This document shows, in pieces, positions 23,421 to 34,365 of a stretch of DNA of 64,000 nt. Position numbers and translations under genes: made by a program. Location of the stretch: contig CBFFSA010000011.1 of assembly GCA_965644495.1 (NCBI GenBank), positions 496,001 to 560,000 of the forward strand, given 5' to 3'. Source of the stretch: Perkinsela sp. CCAP 1560/9 (taxonomy: Eukaryota; Protista; Euglenozoa: Kinetoplastea). The stretch's first letter is position 1. Each line of letters begins with the position of its first letter. The notes beneath the pieces are model-generated. The model was not told where the DNA came from and did not search any database. It saw only the letters and a list, made by a program, of their open reading frames with translations.

Positions 23421-23800
23421 TGTGAAGAGGTCGTTTCGATGAGTACTCATCCAAACTACCATGTGAAGAGGACGTTTCGATGAGTACTCATCCAAACTAC
23501 CATGTGAAGAGGTCGTTTCGATGAGTACTCATCCAAACTACCATGTGAAGAGGACGTTTCGATGAATACTCATCCAAACTACCATGTGAAGAGGTCGTTT
23601 CAATGAGTACTCATCCAAACTACCATGTGAAGAGGACGTTTCGATGAGTACTCATCCAAACTACCATTACAACGCGATTTATGGTAGTTTGGATGAGTAC
23701 TTCCATTTTCGTCGGAGGCCGGTGATAGTGGTTTGGATGAGTACTCATCCAAACTACCACAACCCCCTAGGAGGTAATGGTAGTTTGGGTGAGTACTCAT
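23361..23800. repeat. 41-bp tandem array with a 14-bp palindrome core, ending in hairpins
   Basis: Unit GATGAGTACTCATCCAAACTACCATGTGAAGAGGTCGTTTC, 7 full copies with starts at 23361, 23402, 23443, 23484 and so on. Inverted copies at 23648-23700 and 23731-23800 form hairpins. Confidence 0.92.
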
Positions 23801-23829
23801 CGGAACTCCCACAATCCCCACAGATGCAT

Positions 23830-24995
23830 CGAGCTCCCTCTGAAAAAGTGGCCAGCTGGCCACCCTATGAAAAAGTGGCCAGCTAGCCCCGCTTTGAAAA
23901 AGTGGCCACCTGGCCACCCTATGAAAAAGTGGCCACCTGGCCACCCTATGAAAAAGTGGCTACCTGGCCCCGCTTTGAAAAAGTGGCCACCTGGCCACCC
24001 TATGAAAAAGTGGCCACCTGGTCACCCTATGAAAAAGTGGCCACCTGGCCCCGCTTTGAAAAAGTGGCCACCTGGCCACCCTAAGAAAAAGTGGCCACCT
24101 TATCGAAAAGTGGCCACCTGGGCGCCCTATGATAAAGTGGCCAGCTGGCCACCCTATGAAAAAGTGGCTACCTGGCCCCGCTTTGAAAAAGTGGCCACCT
24201 GGCCACCCTATGAAAAAGTGGCCACCTGGCCACCCTATGAAAAAGTGGCCACCTGGCCACCCTATGAAAAAGTGGCCACCTGGTCACCCTATGAAAAAGT
24301 GGCCACCTGGCCACCCTATGAAAAAGTGGCCACCTGGCCACCCTATGAAAAAGTGGCCACCTGGCCCCGCTTTGAAAAAGTGGCCACCTGGCCACCCTAA
24401 GAAAAAGTGGCCACCTGGCCACCCTATGAAAAAGTGGCCACCTGGCCCCGCTTTGAAAAAGTGGCCACCTGGTCACCCTATGAAAAAGTGGCCACCTGGT
24501 CACCCTATGAAAAAGTGGCCACCTGGCCCCGCTTTGAAAAAGTGGCCACCTGGCCACCCTAAGAAAAAGTGGCCACCCTATCGAAAAGTGGCCACCTGGC
24601 CGCCCTATGAAAAAGTGGCCAGCTGGCCACCCTATGAAAAAGTGGCTACCTGGCCCCGCTTTGAAAAAGTGGCCACCTGGCCACCCTATGAAAAAGTGGC
24701 CACCTGGCCACCCTATGAAAAAGTGGCCAGCTGGCCACCCTATGAAAAAGTGGCTACCTGGCCCCGCTTTGTAAAAGTGGCCACCTGGCCACCCTATGAA
24801 AAAGTGGCCACCTGGCCACCCTATGAAAAAGTGGCCACCTGGTCACCCTATGAAAAAGTGGCCACCTGGCCACCCTATGAAAAAGTGGCCACCTGGCCAC
24901 CTTATGAAAAAGTAGCCACCTGGCCACCTTATGAAAAAGTGGCCACCTGGCCACCCTCTGGAAAAGTAACCACCTGGCCACCCTATGAAAAAGTG
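23830..24995 (+). repeat. Second 27-bp spacer array
   Basis: Same unit as 11150-13388. It begins with the marker GAGCTCCCTCTGAAAAAG, also seen at 12694. Confidence 0.95.
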
Positions 24996-26022
24996 TGGTG
25001 TCCGGGTGATAGCCAGGCACGATCCAAAATTTACTGCTTTTAGCCGCGTGTTCCAGGCTATGAAATCATAGCTTTTGCCGTACTGCACACTTTTTAGGCT
25101 GTGGGCACTACGGACGGCACATCGGCCAAGCATCCAATGATCATTTGTTAGTGTGTATGGGTATTTACCCTAGTTTCCTAGTGTTTCGTTGTGTTAACAC
25201 TGGGTAACTCCATACGCGGGAAAGAATCTGTCCTACTTTTTTAGCACCTTGATTTATTGGTGACGGGCAGACTCTTTCCGCGGCATTCCTCACACCCTAG
25301 TTCTTTAGCGCCTTGTTTTGTTGCCGCCGGGTGCTGGAATTGCTATTTTTGGAGATGAAAAAGGTCCAAAAAGTTGTTCACCCACTCACTGTAATCCTGT
25401 AAGAAACCCCTTTTGTCCTACAAGTGGGGTCGTAGCGGAAGCTTCTCTCGCGAGAGACTTCCCTATGTCGGTCCTCGTACTCTTTTGAAGCGGGGCTGAG
25501 ACAATTCACACCGTTGGCGGTGCAGGTGGTGAAAGAGAAAAAATTAGAGATCAGCAATGAGGGGATTCACGCGGCGACGTAGGCATTGAACAAGGGTTTT
25601 CTTTCTCAAAAGTTTCTACAGAAAGTGTGTGTTTCCACTCACGCACCTCACTGGAGACACCCCATTAACTGGGTAGCGCGAGACTTGCTAACCAACGCTT
25701 AAGTGAATCTCGTGTTGCGTCAGACTCTGCTTTGCTTGTATTCGCTAAAACTACACTGCTCCGGATTGTTAGAATTGAAGATTTTTATGCTTTGGTCTCT
25801 GCTGGAGATGGGGTGGGATTATCTCTCCCACCTGACGCATCCAAAAGGATATCTAGACAACATCATCCCGTTCGGTTAATAAGAAAGGGGTGCTTAACGA
25901 AAAAGTGGTGCTTAGCAAAGAAGGGGTGGGTTGCCTGGAAAAGTAACGTACCTTCTTGGTTTCCCGAAACGATTTATTCCGTGAGATCCCGATGATTGCG
26001 GGCTCCTTAGTCCTTCCCGAGA
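24996..26022 (+). repeat. ~1-kb spacer segment, copy 2 (not followed by 18S)
   Basis: Near-identical to 13389-14404; similarity ends at CCTTCCCGAGA. Confidence 0.9.
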
Positions 26023-27054
26023 AGAAGCGCACCCAGTTGCTCTTTTGTCAAATTTCGATAACTGTGAGAAACAAGCAACAACGACGGCCTCAGTTTGGAT
26101 CTTCCGCGACAAGAACATGGCGGGTAACTGGATAAGCAAGAGTGGAAGTAGAGTTCATCGATGCGCTAAAAGAAAATTGTATTTCGCATAGTTTATGATC
26201 ACACTTATAACTCTTGAAAGCCTAAGTTCGTACAGAAATTGTTGGAAGTGGTTCATATAGAATTACACAGTTGAACATTATAAACCCAGCTTCATCAAAA
26301 ATGGCCCCCCACTTTTGTTTCGTACAAATGTCCGTTTGAGCTGATTTTTGTACCATTTTGCAGATCTCACAGGAACTTTGCGCGCTTACAGAGAACACCG
26401 CAACAGAGAACACCGATTTTTTATAATGTACAATTACAATTTTTTTTCACTCTTCCGCCTTTCAATCTTATACACTTAGGACCAACTTAGGACCGTATTG
26501 TCGACCACATTTTGAGATAAACAAGACCACACTTTATGTACACATCGGATGAATGAAGGCTTATCCGATGGGGTCTGTTCGTAGAAATATATAATGAGGG
26601 GGGAATCTACCTCGCTCAATGTTTTTACTTACGTCATACTCGTCATACATGTGTCAAACATTAATCCTCCAACGATTCCTTCCAACGATTCGGTTCGTCC
26701 GGGCCGCGGAAAGTACATACGTAAACGTTCGGCTTTCCAGGAAGTGGTTTCAAGTGAGAAGATCCGTGTCCTTTACAAGAAGGAGGAGAAAGCAAGCCAT
26801 GATTACTCATCCAGGTCTCTAAGCGTCTACCCTCTAGAATATCACGCACACTTCGCCACGTAAGGCCGAATGCGAACCCCAAGCATCCAGTGCACAAGGG
26901 GCAAAAAATATAATAGTTGGGCCTAGCCTCCACACACGTAAACTAGGTGTCGCAGTATAGGGAAACAATACGCCTACTTTTAAAGTGAAGTAATACACTT
27001 TTAGTGAAGTAATATTCTCTTGAGTACTTGTCATTTTTTAACTTATTTTAACTC

Positions 27055-28005
27055 ATGCTTACCCAACACGAATTATCTAAGAGTAGCATGCAAACTGAAA
27101 GTGTTTACGACATTTGGGCCTCCGATCATGGCAACAACTTGTGCGAATCCAAACTTTCTGACAACGAAAATGCACTCGAGGATAAAAAACTGGATGAGGC
27201 GTTTGCTGGATTGAAACCGAAGCGGTCGGCTCGCACGGTGCTACCCCCCGTGCCTGTATTTTCATCTCACCCTAAACACGTGTCCGATGGTGTGGATTTT
27301 TCGTATGCCTCACCCTCCTATCCCCACTCGGGTCAGTCCATTAACCCCGACCCCGTGGAGCATGAAAAAGCACTTCAACTCGCTGTGGCGATGCTTTCTA
27401 AAAAAGAGGAGAAGCAAAAAAGAGTCCTTGCTCGTATCCGTGGCGCTGATCTTAAAAAATCCACGAATGACGCTCGTCCGGTCGAGTCTCCAATTCTTGA
27501 GGAGATAGCCAACGACGAATCCCTACAAAACGTAAATTCGCGTCGAAAAACAAAAAAAGAGCGTAGACTTCACCGTGAGCGTAAAATTCATCTCTCCATG
27601 GCCTCCAAGCAGCAAACCCGACAACGGGTTCTTGAAAAAGATATTCAAAACATTGAAAAGTACAAAAAGGAGATCGAGAACAAAATAAAAGCGCGTGAGG
27701 CCCCACGTGGTTTACCCCAGCGTAATCGAAAGTACGGGAAGCACGCTGTACTTCGTAGGGCGATGGATATCCTGCCGGAGGCCCCCGAGTGTCTCCGGGA
27801 CGCCTCCGGGGGCTCCACCCACCCCCTGGAGGAGATGTACGAGAGGGCGCAGTGCCAGGGGAGGGTGGAGGCCACACGGAAGCACACCGCGAAGACGCGG
27901 AGGGTTTCCCGCTCACGCTGGGTTTGGGTCTCCGATGACAAGCACCATGTCACGCGACAAGGGCCCGCGGCCACGGATGAGGGGTCGCGTAAAAGAAAGC
28001 GGTGA
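27055..28005 (+). CDS. NOP53: 60S ribosome biogenesis factor Nop53/GLTSCR2-like
   Basis: Motifs 'YDIW', 'HSGQSINPDPVEHEKAL' (GxSYNP..H), 'RRKTKKERR', 'RKYGKH' and C-terminal 'L..MYER.Q..GRVE'; basic and coiled-coil. Confidence 0.78.
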   Translation: MLTQHELSKSSMQTESVYDIWASDHGNNLCESKLSDNENALEDKKLDEAFAGLKPKRSARTVLPPVPVFSSHPKHVSDGVDFSYASPSYPHSGQSINPDPVEHEKALQLAVAMLSKKEEKQKRVLARIRGADLKKSTNDARPVESPILEEIANDESLQNVNSRRKTKKERRLHRERKIHLSMASKQQTRQRVLEKDIQNIEKYKKEIENKIKAREAPRGLPQRNRKYGKHAVLRRAMDILPEAPECLRDASGGSTHPLEEMYERAQCQGRVEATRKHTAKTRRVSRSRWVWVSDDKHHVTRQGPAATDEGSRKRKR

Positions 28006-28412
28006 AGTCAGGAAATTTGTAGGGTTGTTGCGGGCTGACTTCCACGTGAGTAACAGGCTGAGGAAAGCGGAGTGAACGCATCACAAAGGTAGTCTTGGTG
28101 TCGGGGCCATTGAAATGCTACGTGACCTGATGCCTCAGACTGCTTTGTGTACTCTTCGTATTTAAGCATAGTCGTTGCGCTGGTCGGAAGTTTTGATATT
28201 TTTTGTGTGGTAGTTTTGGGTATTTCATGTTTTACACTTTTTCTCATGAGTTTGTATTGATCTAGAAATATCGGTCACAACTTGGTCTTGTGTAAACAAA
28301 CATATCTCTATTTTGTGTGTTTGCACGACATGTATGCGGTATTTCGTATTTCAACGTGGTTAGATGCTAGTGAGACGGTTGCTTTTCCTTTTTTCAAACA
28401 TTTCCCGCTCAA

Positions 28413-31400
28413 ATGAATTCTGTTCTCGATAGCCTTCAAAACCTTCAGCAATACTTTCAGAGTTCGTACGACCTTCCGGTGTTTTTAAGCACGAATCGCA
28501 CGCTTTTGCACTCTTTGCACGGGAAATCATTAGAACACTTACAGGGATCAGACAATCATCCTTCTTCGGCATCGATCATCGAGGCACTTGTCTCTGAAAG
28601 CGAAAACCTTTCAGATACGACTACCCATCCGTCCATAGTTGACACGGATGGCAATGCTTTCGCATCCAATGCCTTATGGGATTTCGGAAGTCTTTTTGAG
28701 CAAATGATCCAATTAAACCGTTTTGATTCAACCCTGTCGTTTGATCCTAACGAGTCGCCTTCTCCCGAGTCGAATTCTAAGGTTCCAGCTAAACCAACGC
28801 TTGAACGCGAGTGTCCCGTTTGGAATGATTTACTCCTTCATTGCGGGACGGACACAACCTCCGAGAAAACCAAAACAGAAGTACAGTTTCCTGGTCCCAT
28901 GGCATGCACGTTGTCACGACGAACACTAAAAACGCTATGTGATCCACACATTACTTTTCTAGCCGCAGAGAAGTCGGACGGGCTACGTTCTCTTCTCTAC
29001 GTGCTCCATGAGCCTCACTTCCCGCAGTGGTCGGTGCAACCCCTCCCCCAGAACCCACCCCCAGCTCCTCCTTTGATCTATTTCGGTCTTATGGATATTT
29101 TAGCTCTCGAAACGGCATTAGCACAATTACTGTCCCACCGTACCGATTCCAATGATCTTCTCGAGGACACCTCTTCCTTAGTCTCTTGTGTGTCTCTTTC
29201 CAAAGACGTGCGTAATCTGTTTCACCCCTCCAGTGCCTCCATGACCTCTTCTTTTCTCTATTACTTGTCGTTTTCTTCAAAAGCAACAAATTCAAAAACA
29301 GAAAAAACAACAGAATCAACCGAATGCGACCCCCACACGAGCAAACCCGAAAACTCATTTCTCTTAACTTTGCGTGAGATCAAAGGGTTCGAGTCGGAGG
29401 CCGTTGGCTCTTTTACACTGACCCGATCCCCCCGGCCCGGTCGCTTCTTCTCCTATTTCATCGACCGGCGCGCGGACGGGCTGTATCTGCTCAACGAGGA
29501 GTTAGCCTTCGCCCCCCGCGCGCTGTGCAGTGCGGTATGCGACGGGGAGCTCGTGATGAATTTAAAGCAGCGGCGACTGAGTTACCTGATGTTTGATCTC
29601 GCAGGGGTACGGCTGTGGGGGAAGAGACAGCCTCCGGGAGGTTGTGTGGACTCGAGCGAAAATCGAATGAACCCATCGAATGGATTTGTGGCCCCTTCGT
29701 GTACCTTTCATGCGCTAGGTCGGGATGGGGTTACATCGCTTCGTGCCCGTGTTCGTTTGTTGGATAGGGTTTTGATTGAAGGCCATTACGCGGCCCATGC
29801 GATGCGAAACACGAATCTGCCGAAAAGTTTGCAGCTTTTGTCGAAAACGTATTTTAGGCTATCCGAGCTTCCGGCTCTGGTGGCGAAGTTAGAGAGGACT
29901 CCAATAGGGGACAACGAAAAGGGGGAAACGGGGAAAACAAATTTTGATGAAACGAAACAACGAAATAAAAATGGTTTTCACCATCGCTACACCTACGAGG
30001 GGCATCACTGGAACGATGGGATTATCTTTGCTCCGGATTCTCCGGAGTTTTATCCCTTTGTGCCGCGCTCCGTGCCGTTGTTGTTGAAATGGAAATGGCC
30101 GGAGGCGGAGACGGTGGATTGGTGGGTGCAGTCGAGCACCGCAGCAGCTCGTGGGGGTTCGAAAAAGGAAGAGAGCGAGGAAAAGAAGGCTGGGGTGAAA
30201 AAATCAAAATTTTCCTCCCGGGCGTCGTCGGAGGCTGCGTCATCTTCAGTCATGCATGCCCTCTGTTTCCATATTAAAAAATACCAAAAGGGGACGGTTG
30301 CGTTTTCGGAACACGTGAGGTATAAAACTACATTGCTGGACGTTACAGCACTGGGGATAAGTCCCTCTTCGGCTTGCTTCCAAAACGGCTGTGTGGTGGA
30401 GTGTGGCTGGGACTCGAGTCGAGCCCGATGGGTCGCGAAACGACTACGACCGGAGAAAAAAAACGCAAACGCGTTTCACACCGCATTCTCCGTTCTGGAA
30501 GCGATTACCGAACAGTTGGAGCTTCCAGAGTTGTTATCCCATATTCAAAGCTCTTCCTCCGGAAACGCTTCTTTTTTAAAATCAAATTCTGAGACCCATT
30601 CCCCTGTTTTGACCTCAAATCCGGACTTTTCTCCTTCCTCCCACCCCCTCCCCTACACCTGTTTACCGGAAACTTACTTTTATCTCCGAGCTTCTGTCGA
30701 AAAATCGAAAAAGATTCTTATCCATCTCCAAACCTTAGTAAAAACCAAAGCCCAGCGCCATCCCCTCCCGATGAATCTCCTCGAGCTCTCCAGCTGTGTC
30801 GGATTAAACACAAATTCACACGAAATGCTTTTTGCGGTTTTGCTCCTTGCCTTAGCCAACCACGGGGGCAGCGTGACGTACTCGAGGCTGCGGGTCCGGG
30901 CCTACTTTGAGCCCAGGACGGGGAGCTGGGTGTTAACGCAGCTGGTAGGGGAGTGCGGGCAAAAGGGGAATCATCACAATCCTAAAGTGGAGGCCACAAG
31001 CGTGTTGAACCATTTGGAAGCCCAAGCAGTGGTGCTGGGGCAGGACCCGGAGGTTGTGTTTGTGGGGGAAAAAGGGGAAATGGAAGACAACGAAGAAAAG
31101 GAAGAAATGAAAACCATCAAGAGGTTAGAGGACGAAACACAGAGAAGAGACCACGGCAGGTTTTCGAAGGAAAAAGGGGAAAGAGAATTTGAAAACAGAG
31201 AAGATACCCAGCAAAACGGTTGGTTAATCCCAAAAGGTGTTTTTCCGCACATTCCCGAAAAATGTTTTTATTATGACGTAAAGGCACACTCGAGCTGCTC
31301 TTCATCTTCTGCTGCTGCTGCTGCTTCTGTTTTTCACCACTATGACAATCGTGCACGTGAACAAAACGCGTCCTGCAGTGCCACCGAGTCGGCCATCCGA

Positions 31401-32552
31401 AGTGTGAACAATATTATCAAAACGGTGTTGATTTCAGAGGCCACAAAGTATTGGCGAAACGCGGCGCATCTTTCCGATCGGCCCCAATCGCATCCGATCG
31501 TGTTTGACTTGGCCTGTGGTCGGGGAGGGGATTTGTACAAATGGAAGGAAGTCAACCCCGCCTATGTGGTTCTCATCGATGGGGCTTTTCATGCCCTCGC
31601 GGCAGCCGCGGGTCGGTATGCGGTGGGGAAAGGACTCAGCACAAACAGCGCGACCGGAGGGGGTATCGAAGTCCAGTTTCATTGCTCGGATTGTTTTCGT
31701 GAGGACTTAAACCCGATATTAGAATCTTTACTAAAATATGCCCCGCGGGGGGAGCTGGATATGGTCGCCTGTCAGTTTTCCCTTCACTACGCTTTTGAAT
31801 CGGAGGCGACGGTCCGTCAAATGTTACATAATGTCACGTGTAAGCTGAAATCGGGGGGGTTGTTTATCGGCACCGTGATTGAGGATACGGCGCTGGCAAA
31901 ATATCTTGCACAGAAAGAAGCAAAAGGTTGGCAAGGTGTGGAGAACAGCGAAAACGAGGATGAGTTTTCGTTTTCCGTAGATCCCTGTGGGGAGAAGTGG
32001 ACGAAATCGAACCTTTCCGATGCCTCGAGTTGGGATTTCGGTCAGTCATATCGTTTTTCACTCGGCACATCTGTACAAGGGGAAGAAGAGTATGTGGTTC
32101 CGTGGGAGAAGTTCCTCGCAACGGCGTCCGAATACGGACTCGTGGACTGTCTTGCGGCGGATAATTTTGAGACGTGGTTTGTGAATGCGCTTTCCCAGAG
32201 AAGCACAATCCAAGAAACCCCTCGTGGTTCAAAAGATAATGAGATAAAGTGTTCTTCTTCACGGTCCCCCACTTCGCTTTTTTCGTTTTTAGAGGAGGAT
32301 GTGTCGGATACAAAGCAGTACGGAGCTGTGACCAGCGATTCTTTTGCTTCTCTCTGGCAATCTCACTATCAAGGCCCGCAGCTGGAGCTTTTAAAATGCA
32401 AGAAAAACAGAAGGAGAAGCTCTTCGTGCACATCGTCGTACGAAGACGATTTGTCAGAAACTCATCCGGTTTCTCCTTGGGAGTCGGAGGTGGTGAGTTC
32501 GGTGCGCAGCGTCTGTGGTCTTTATCGTGCCTTTGTTTTCAAAAAGTCTTAG
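28413..32552 (+). CDS. CGM1: Bifunctional cap guanylyltransferase / guanine-N7 methyltransferase (CGM1-type; caps SL RNA in trypanosomes)
   Basis: GTase motifs I 'EKSDG', III 'CDGEL', IIIa 'YLMFD', IV 'DGIIF', V 'LLKWK', VI 'RLRPEKKNAN'. MTase motifs 'VFDLACGRGGDLYKW', 'CQFSLHYAFES' and 'EYVVPW'. This GTase+MTase fusion is characteristic of kinetoplastids. Confidence 0.9.
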   Translation: MNSVLDSLQNLQQYFQSSYDLPVFLSTNRTLLHSLHGKSLEHLQGSDNHPSSASIIEALVSESENLSDTTTHPSIVDTDGNAFASNALWDFGSLFEQMIQLNRFDSTLSFDPNESPSPESNSKVPAKPTLERECPVWNDLLLHCGTDTTSEKTKTEVQFPGPMACTLSRRTLKTLCDPHITFLAAEKSDGLRSLLYVLHEPHFPQWSVQPLPQNPPPAPPLIYFGLMDILALETALAQLLSHRTDSNDLLEDTSSLVSCVSLSKDVRNLFHPSSASMTSSFLYYLSFSSKATNSKTEKTTESTECDPHTSKPENSFLLTLREIKGFESEAVGSFTLTRSPRPGRFFSYFIDRRADGLYLLNEELAFAPRALCSAVCDGELVMNLKQRRLSYLMFDLAGVRLWGKRQPPGGCVDSSENRMNPSNGFVAPSCTFHALGRDGVTSLRARVRLLDRVLIEGHYAAHAMRNTNLPKSLQLLSKTYFRLSELPALVAKLERTPIGDNEKGETGKTNFDETKQRNKNGFHHRYTYEGHHWNDGIIFAPDSPEFYPFVPRSVPLLLKWKWPEAETVDWWVQSSTAAARGGSKKEESEEKKAGVKKSKFSSRASSEAASSSVMHALCFHIKKYQKGTVAFSEHVRYKTTLLDVTALGISPSSACFQNGCVVECGWDSSRARWVAKRLRPEKKNANAFHTAFSVLEAITEQLELPELLSHIQSSSSGNASFLKSNSETHSPVLTSNPDFSPSSHPLPYTCLPETYFYLRASVEKSKKILIHLQTLVKTKAQRHPLPMNLLELSSCVGLNTNSHEMLFAVLLLALANHGGSVTYSRLRVRAYFEPRTGSWVLTQLVGECGQKGNHHNPKVEATSVLNHLEAQAVVLGQDPEVVFVGEKGEMEDNEEKEEMKTIKRLEDETQRRDHGRFSKEKGEREFENREDTQQNGWLIPKGVFPHIPEKCFYYDVKAHSSCSSSSAAAAASVFHHYDNRAREQNASCSATESAIRSVNNIIKTVLISEATKYWRNAAHLSDRPQSHPIVFDLACGRGGDLYKWKEVNPAYVVLIDGAFHALAAAAGRYAVGKGLSTNSATGGGIEVQFHCSDCFREDLNPILESLLKYAPRGELDMVACQFSLHYAFESEATVRQMLHNVTCKLKSGGLFIGTVIEDTALAKYLAQKEAKGWQGVENSENEDEFSFSVDPCGEKWTKSNLSDASSWDFGQSYRFSLGTSVQGEEEYVVPWEKFLATASEYGLVDCLAADNFETWFVNALSQRSTIQETPRGSKDNEIKCSSSRSPTSLFSFLEEDVSDTKQYGAVTSDSFASLWQSHYQGPQLELLKCKKNRRRSSSCTSSYEDDLSETHPVSPWESEVVSSVRSVCGLYRAFVFKKS

Positions 32553-32749
32553 ACCTTTTGGAGTATCTTCTATTTTATGGATGATCTGTGTGATTTACAT
32601 TTTTCGATTCACTTCTTTGTTGTGTGGTTGATTACGGTGTTTTATTTTTACAAAGGGAACTTTCATGGCTGTTTTTTGTCTTACCCAGTCTCAGTATCTT
32701 AATGCACTATGGTAAGGCGCTCTCTTTTAGCTTTATCAATTTTATCCCC

Positions 32750-32964
32750 ATGTTCAACTTACATGAATATTGTGATGCTAAAGATTCTGATCTGCGACGT
32801 GGGAAAGTTTCTTCGGCTTTTCTGCCTCAGTATCAATTGATGGAACGTTTTATTCAGAACATTCACAATACAATGCCGTCGTGGAAAACTGCGAAACGAA
32901 GTGGTTGGCTTAGTCATATCAAATGTGTCTCGTTGTGTACGTGGGAAGGTGTAAATTGCAATGA
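32750..32964 (+). pseudogene. N-terminal fragment of an LRR-family gene, truncated by the transposon cluster
   Basis: 'DSDLRRGKVSSAFLPQYQLMERFI...LCTWEGVNCND' resembles the N-cap of the LRR genes at 39869 and 45619; the similarity stops abruptly at ~32964. Confidence 0.5.
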
Positions 32965-34365
32965 CCTGTGTTATTGGCCAGTCTACTGGCCACCAATAGC
33001 CTATTGGTATCTCCCTCGTCCACTTTAGCCTGGGTTTTTTAAATTAAACCACACACCCGTTTATCATACCTATACCTTGGATAACATACCTGGGTGATAT
33101 GTTATTCTGGCCCGCGACACTTAACATACCCCCCCTTCGTCCCACGGCTTTTTTTGTGCAACGGTACAAAACTCCAACCGTCGATTACCTCAATCGAGTC
33201 CTCTGAATCATATTCGTCTGAATTTGACGAAGATGGTTCTTCTCCTGGCGGATTTCCGTTCAATGCCATGGTATTAGTAGGAAAATCGTTGTGACAGTTC
33301 TCGCCGTATTCGAAAGCGCAGGTAAAATTTATCTATGTGTTCTATGAACACTTTTTTTTTCATTGAACACATAGAACGCATTGAACACTTTTTGGGGAGG
33401 TACACATCCCACGAACATGTTGAGTATTTTTCATAAACCTCTTTTTTTTTTGCGCATATCCAAGTGATTACACATGCCCTAGCTATGCAGTATAAGAATA
33501 CCGCGGTATGAGGTTCTCTCTTAGTACGCGTGGCAGCTTTTTTTGTACTCGCCGAACGTAATGCATTTCTTATTTCAAAATATTTTTGTTGTTGTTATAA
33601 AAAACTATTGTTTCCCGCATTTAGTCAAGCAGGTCTATTACTCTCAACAATTTCTAATGAGAGGACGAGGTCCCACAGGAACCTTTCGTGCCCGTCGAAG
33701 AAAAATGGGGAACCACCCCAATCGATTACATGGGGAACCAATCCAAATCCAAAAATAAATCCAATATCCAATTTCTTTTTTAGGCTCTTCGTTAAACGCG
33801 GTGGTTGTTTTCAACTTAGAAGTCACTCATGCTGCGCACTTCGCGTTGAAAACTACCACCGCGTTTAACGAAGGGCCTAAAATAGAAAAATTACCAAAAG
33901 ATCATGAATAATCTACTTTATTAGGTAAAAAAGCCCGATTTTTAAGCGAAAATTTCGAAATTTTAACCCGAATTTTGGCCGTTTTTGATGCCTTACCAGT
34001 AGGGGTAGGAGGCGAATCTGACGAAAACAACACCGTAGAATGGTAGCTGAGGTCCAAAACTCTTAAAATACGTTTTAGGAGTCGATTTTGGAAAAATAAT
34101 ATTTTTTCCTTTTTTTTATCAAAAAGTTTTTTTTCTTGGTCACCCCAAAAATTTCGGAAAGTTTGACCATGTCGGACCCCTCCTGCGCGTAACAGACCAG
34201 GTCGGGGGGCAGAAAATTATCGCCGCGGCCTACTCTTCCCGGCGCTCGATTTTGAAAAGCAAAAAATTCGAGAAAAAAAAATCGCAACGTATGCCCCTCC
34301 CCCTGGACCCCCCATTTTTTTCAATATTTTTTTTCAGTTTTGGACTACCGGAGCCCTCTTTTATA

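Noticed and set aside
23361-23800. CRISPR array
   Set aside because: The 'spacers' are near-identical, there are no cas genes, and the context is eukaryotic.
10908-25133. ORFs with KKWPPGHP / VATWPPYEK repeats and ORFs inside the rRNA genes
   Set aside because: They are by-products of the 27-bp array (length divisible by 3) and of rRNA sequence.
28413-32552. Viral (NCLDV) origin of the capping enzyme
   Set aside because: There is no N-terminal triphosphatase and no viral neighbours; the GTase-MTase fusion matches cellular kinetoplastid CGM1.
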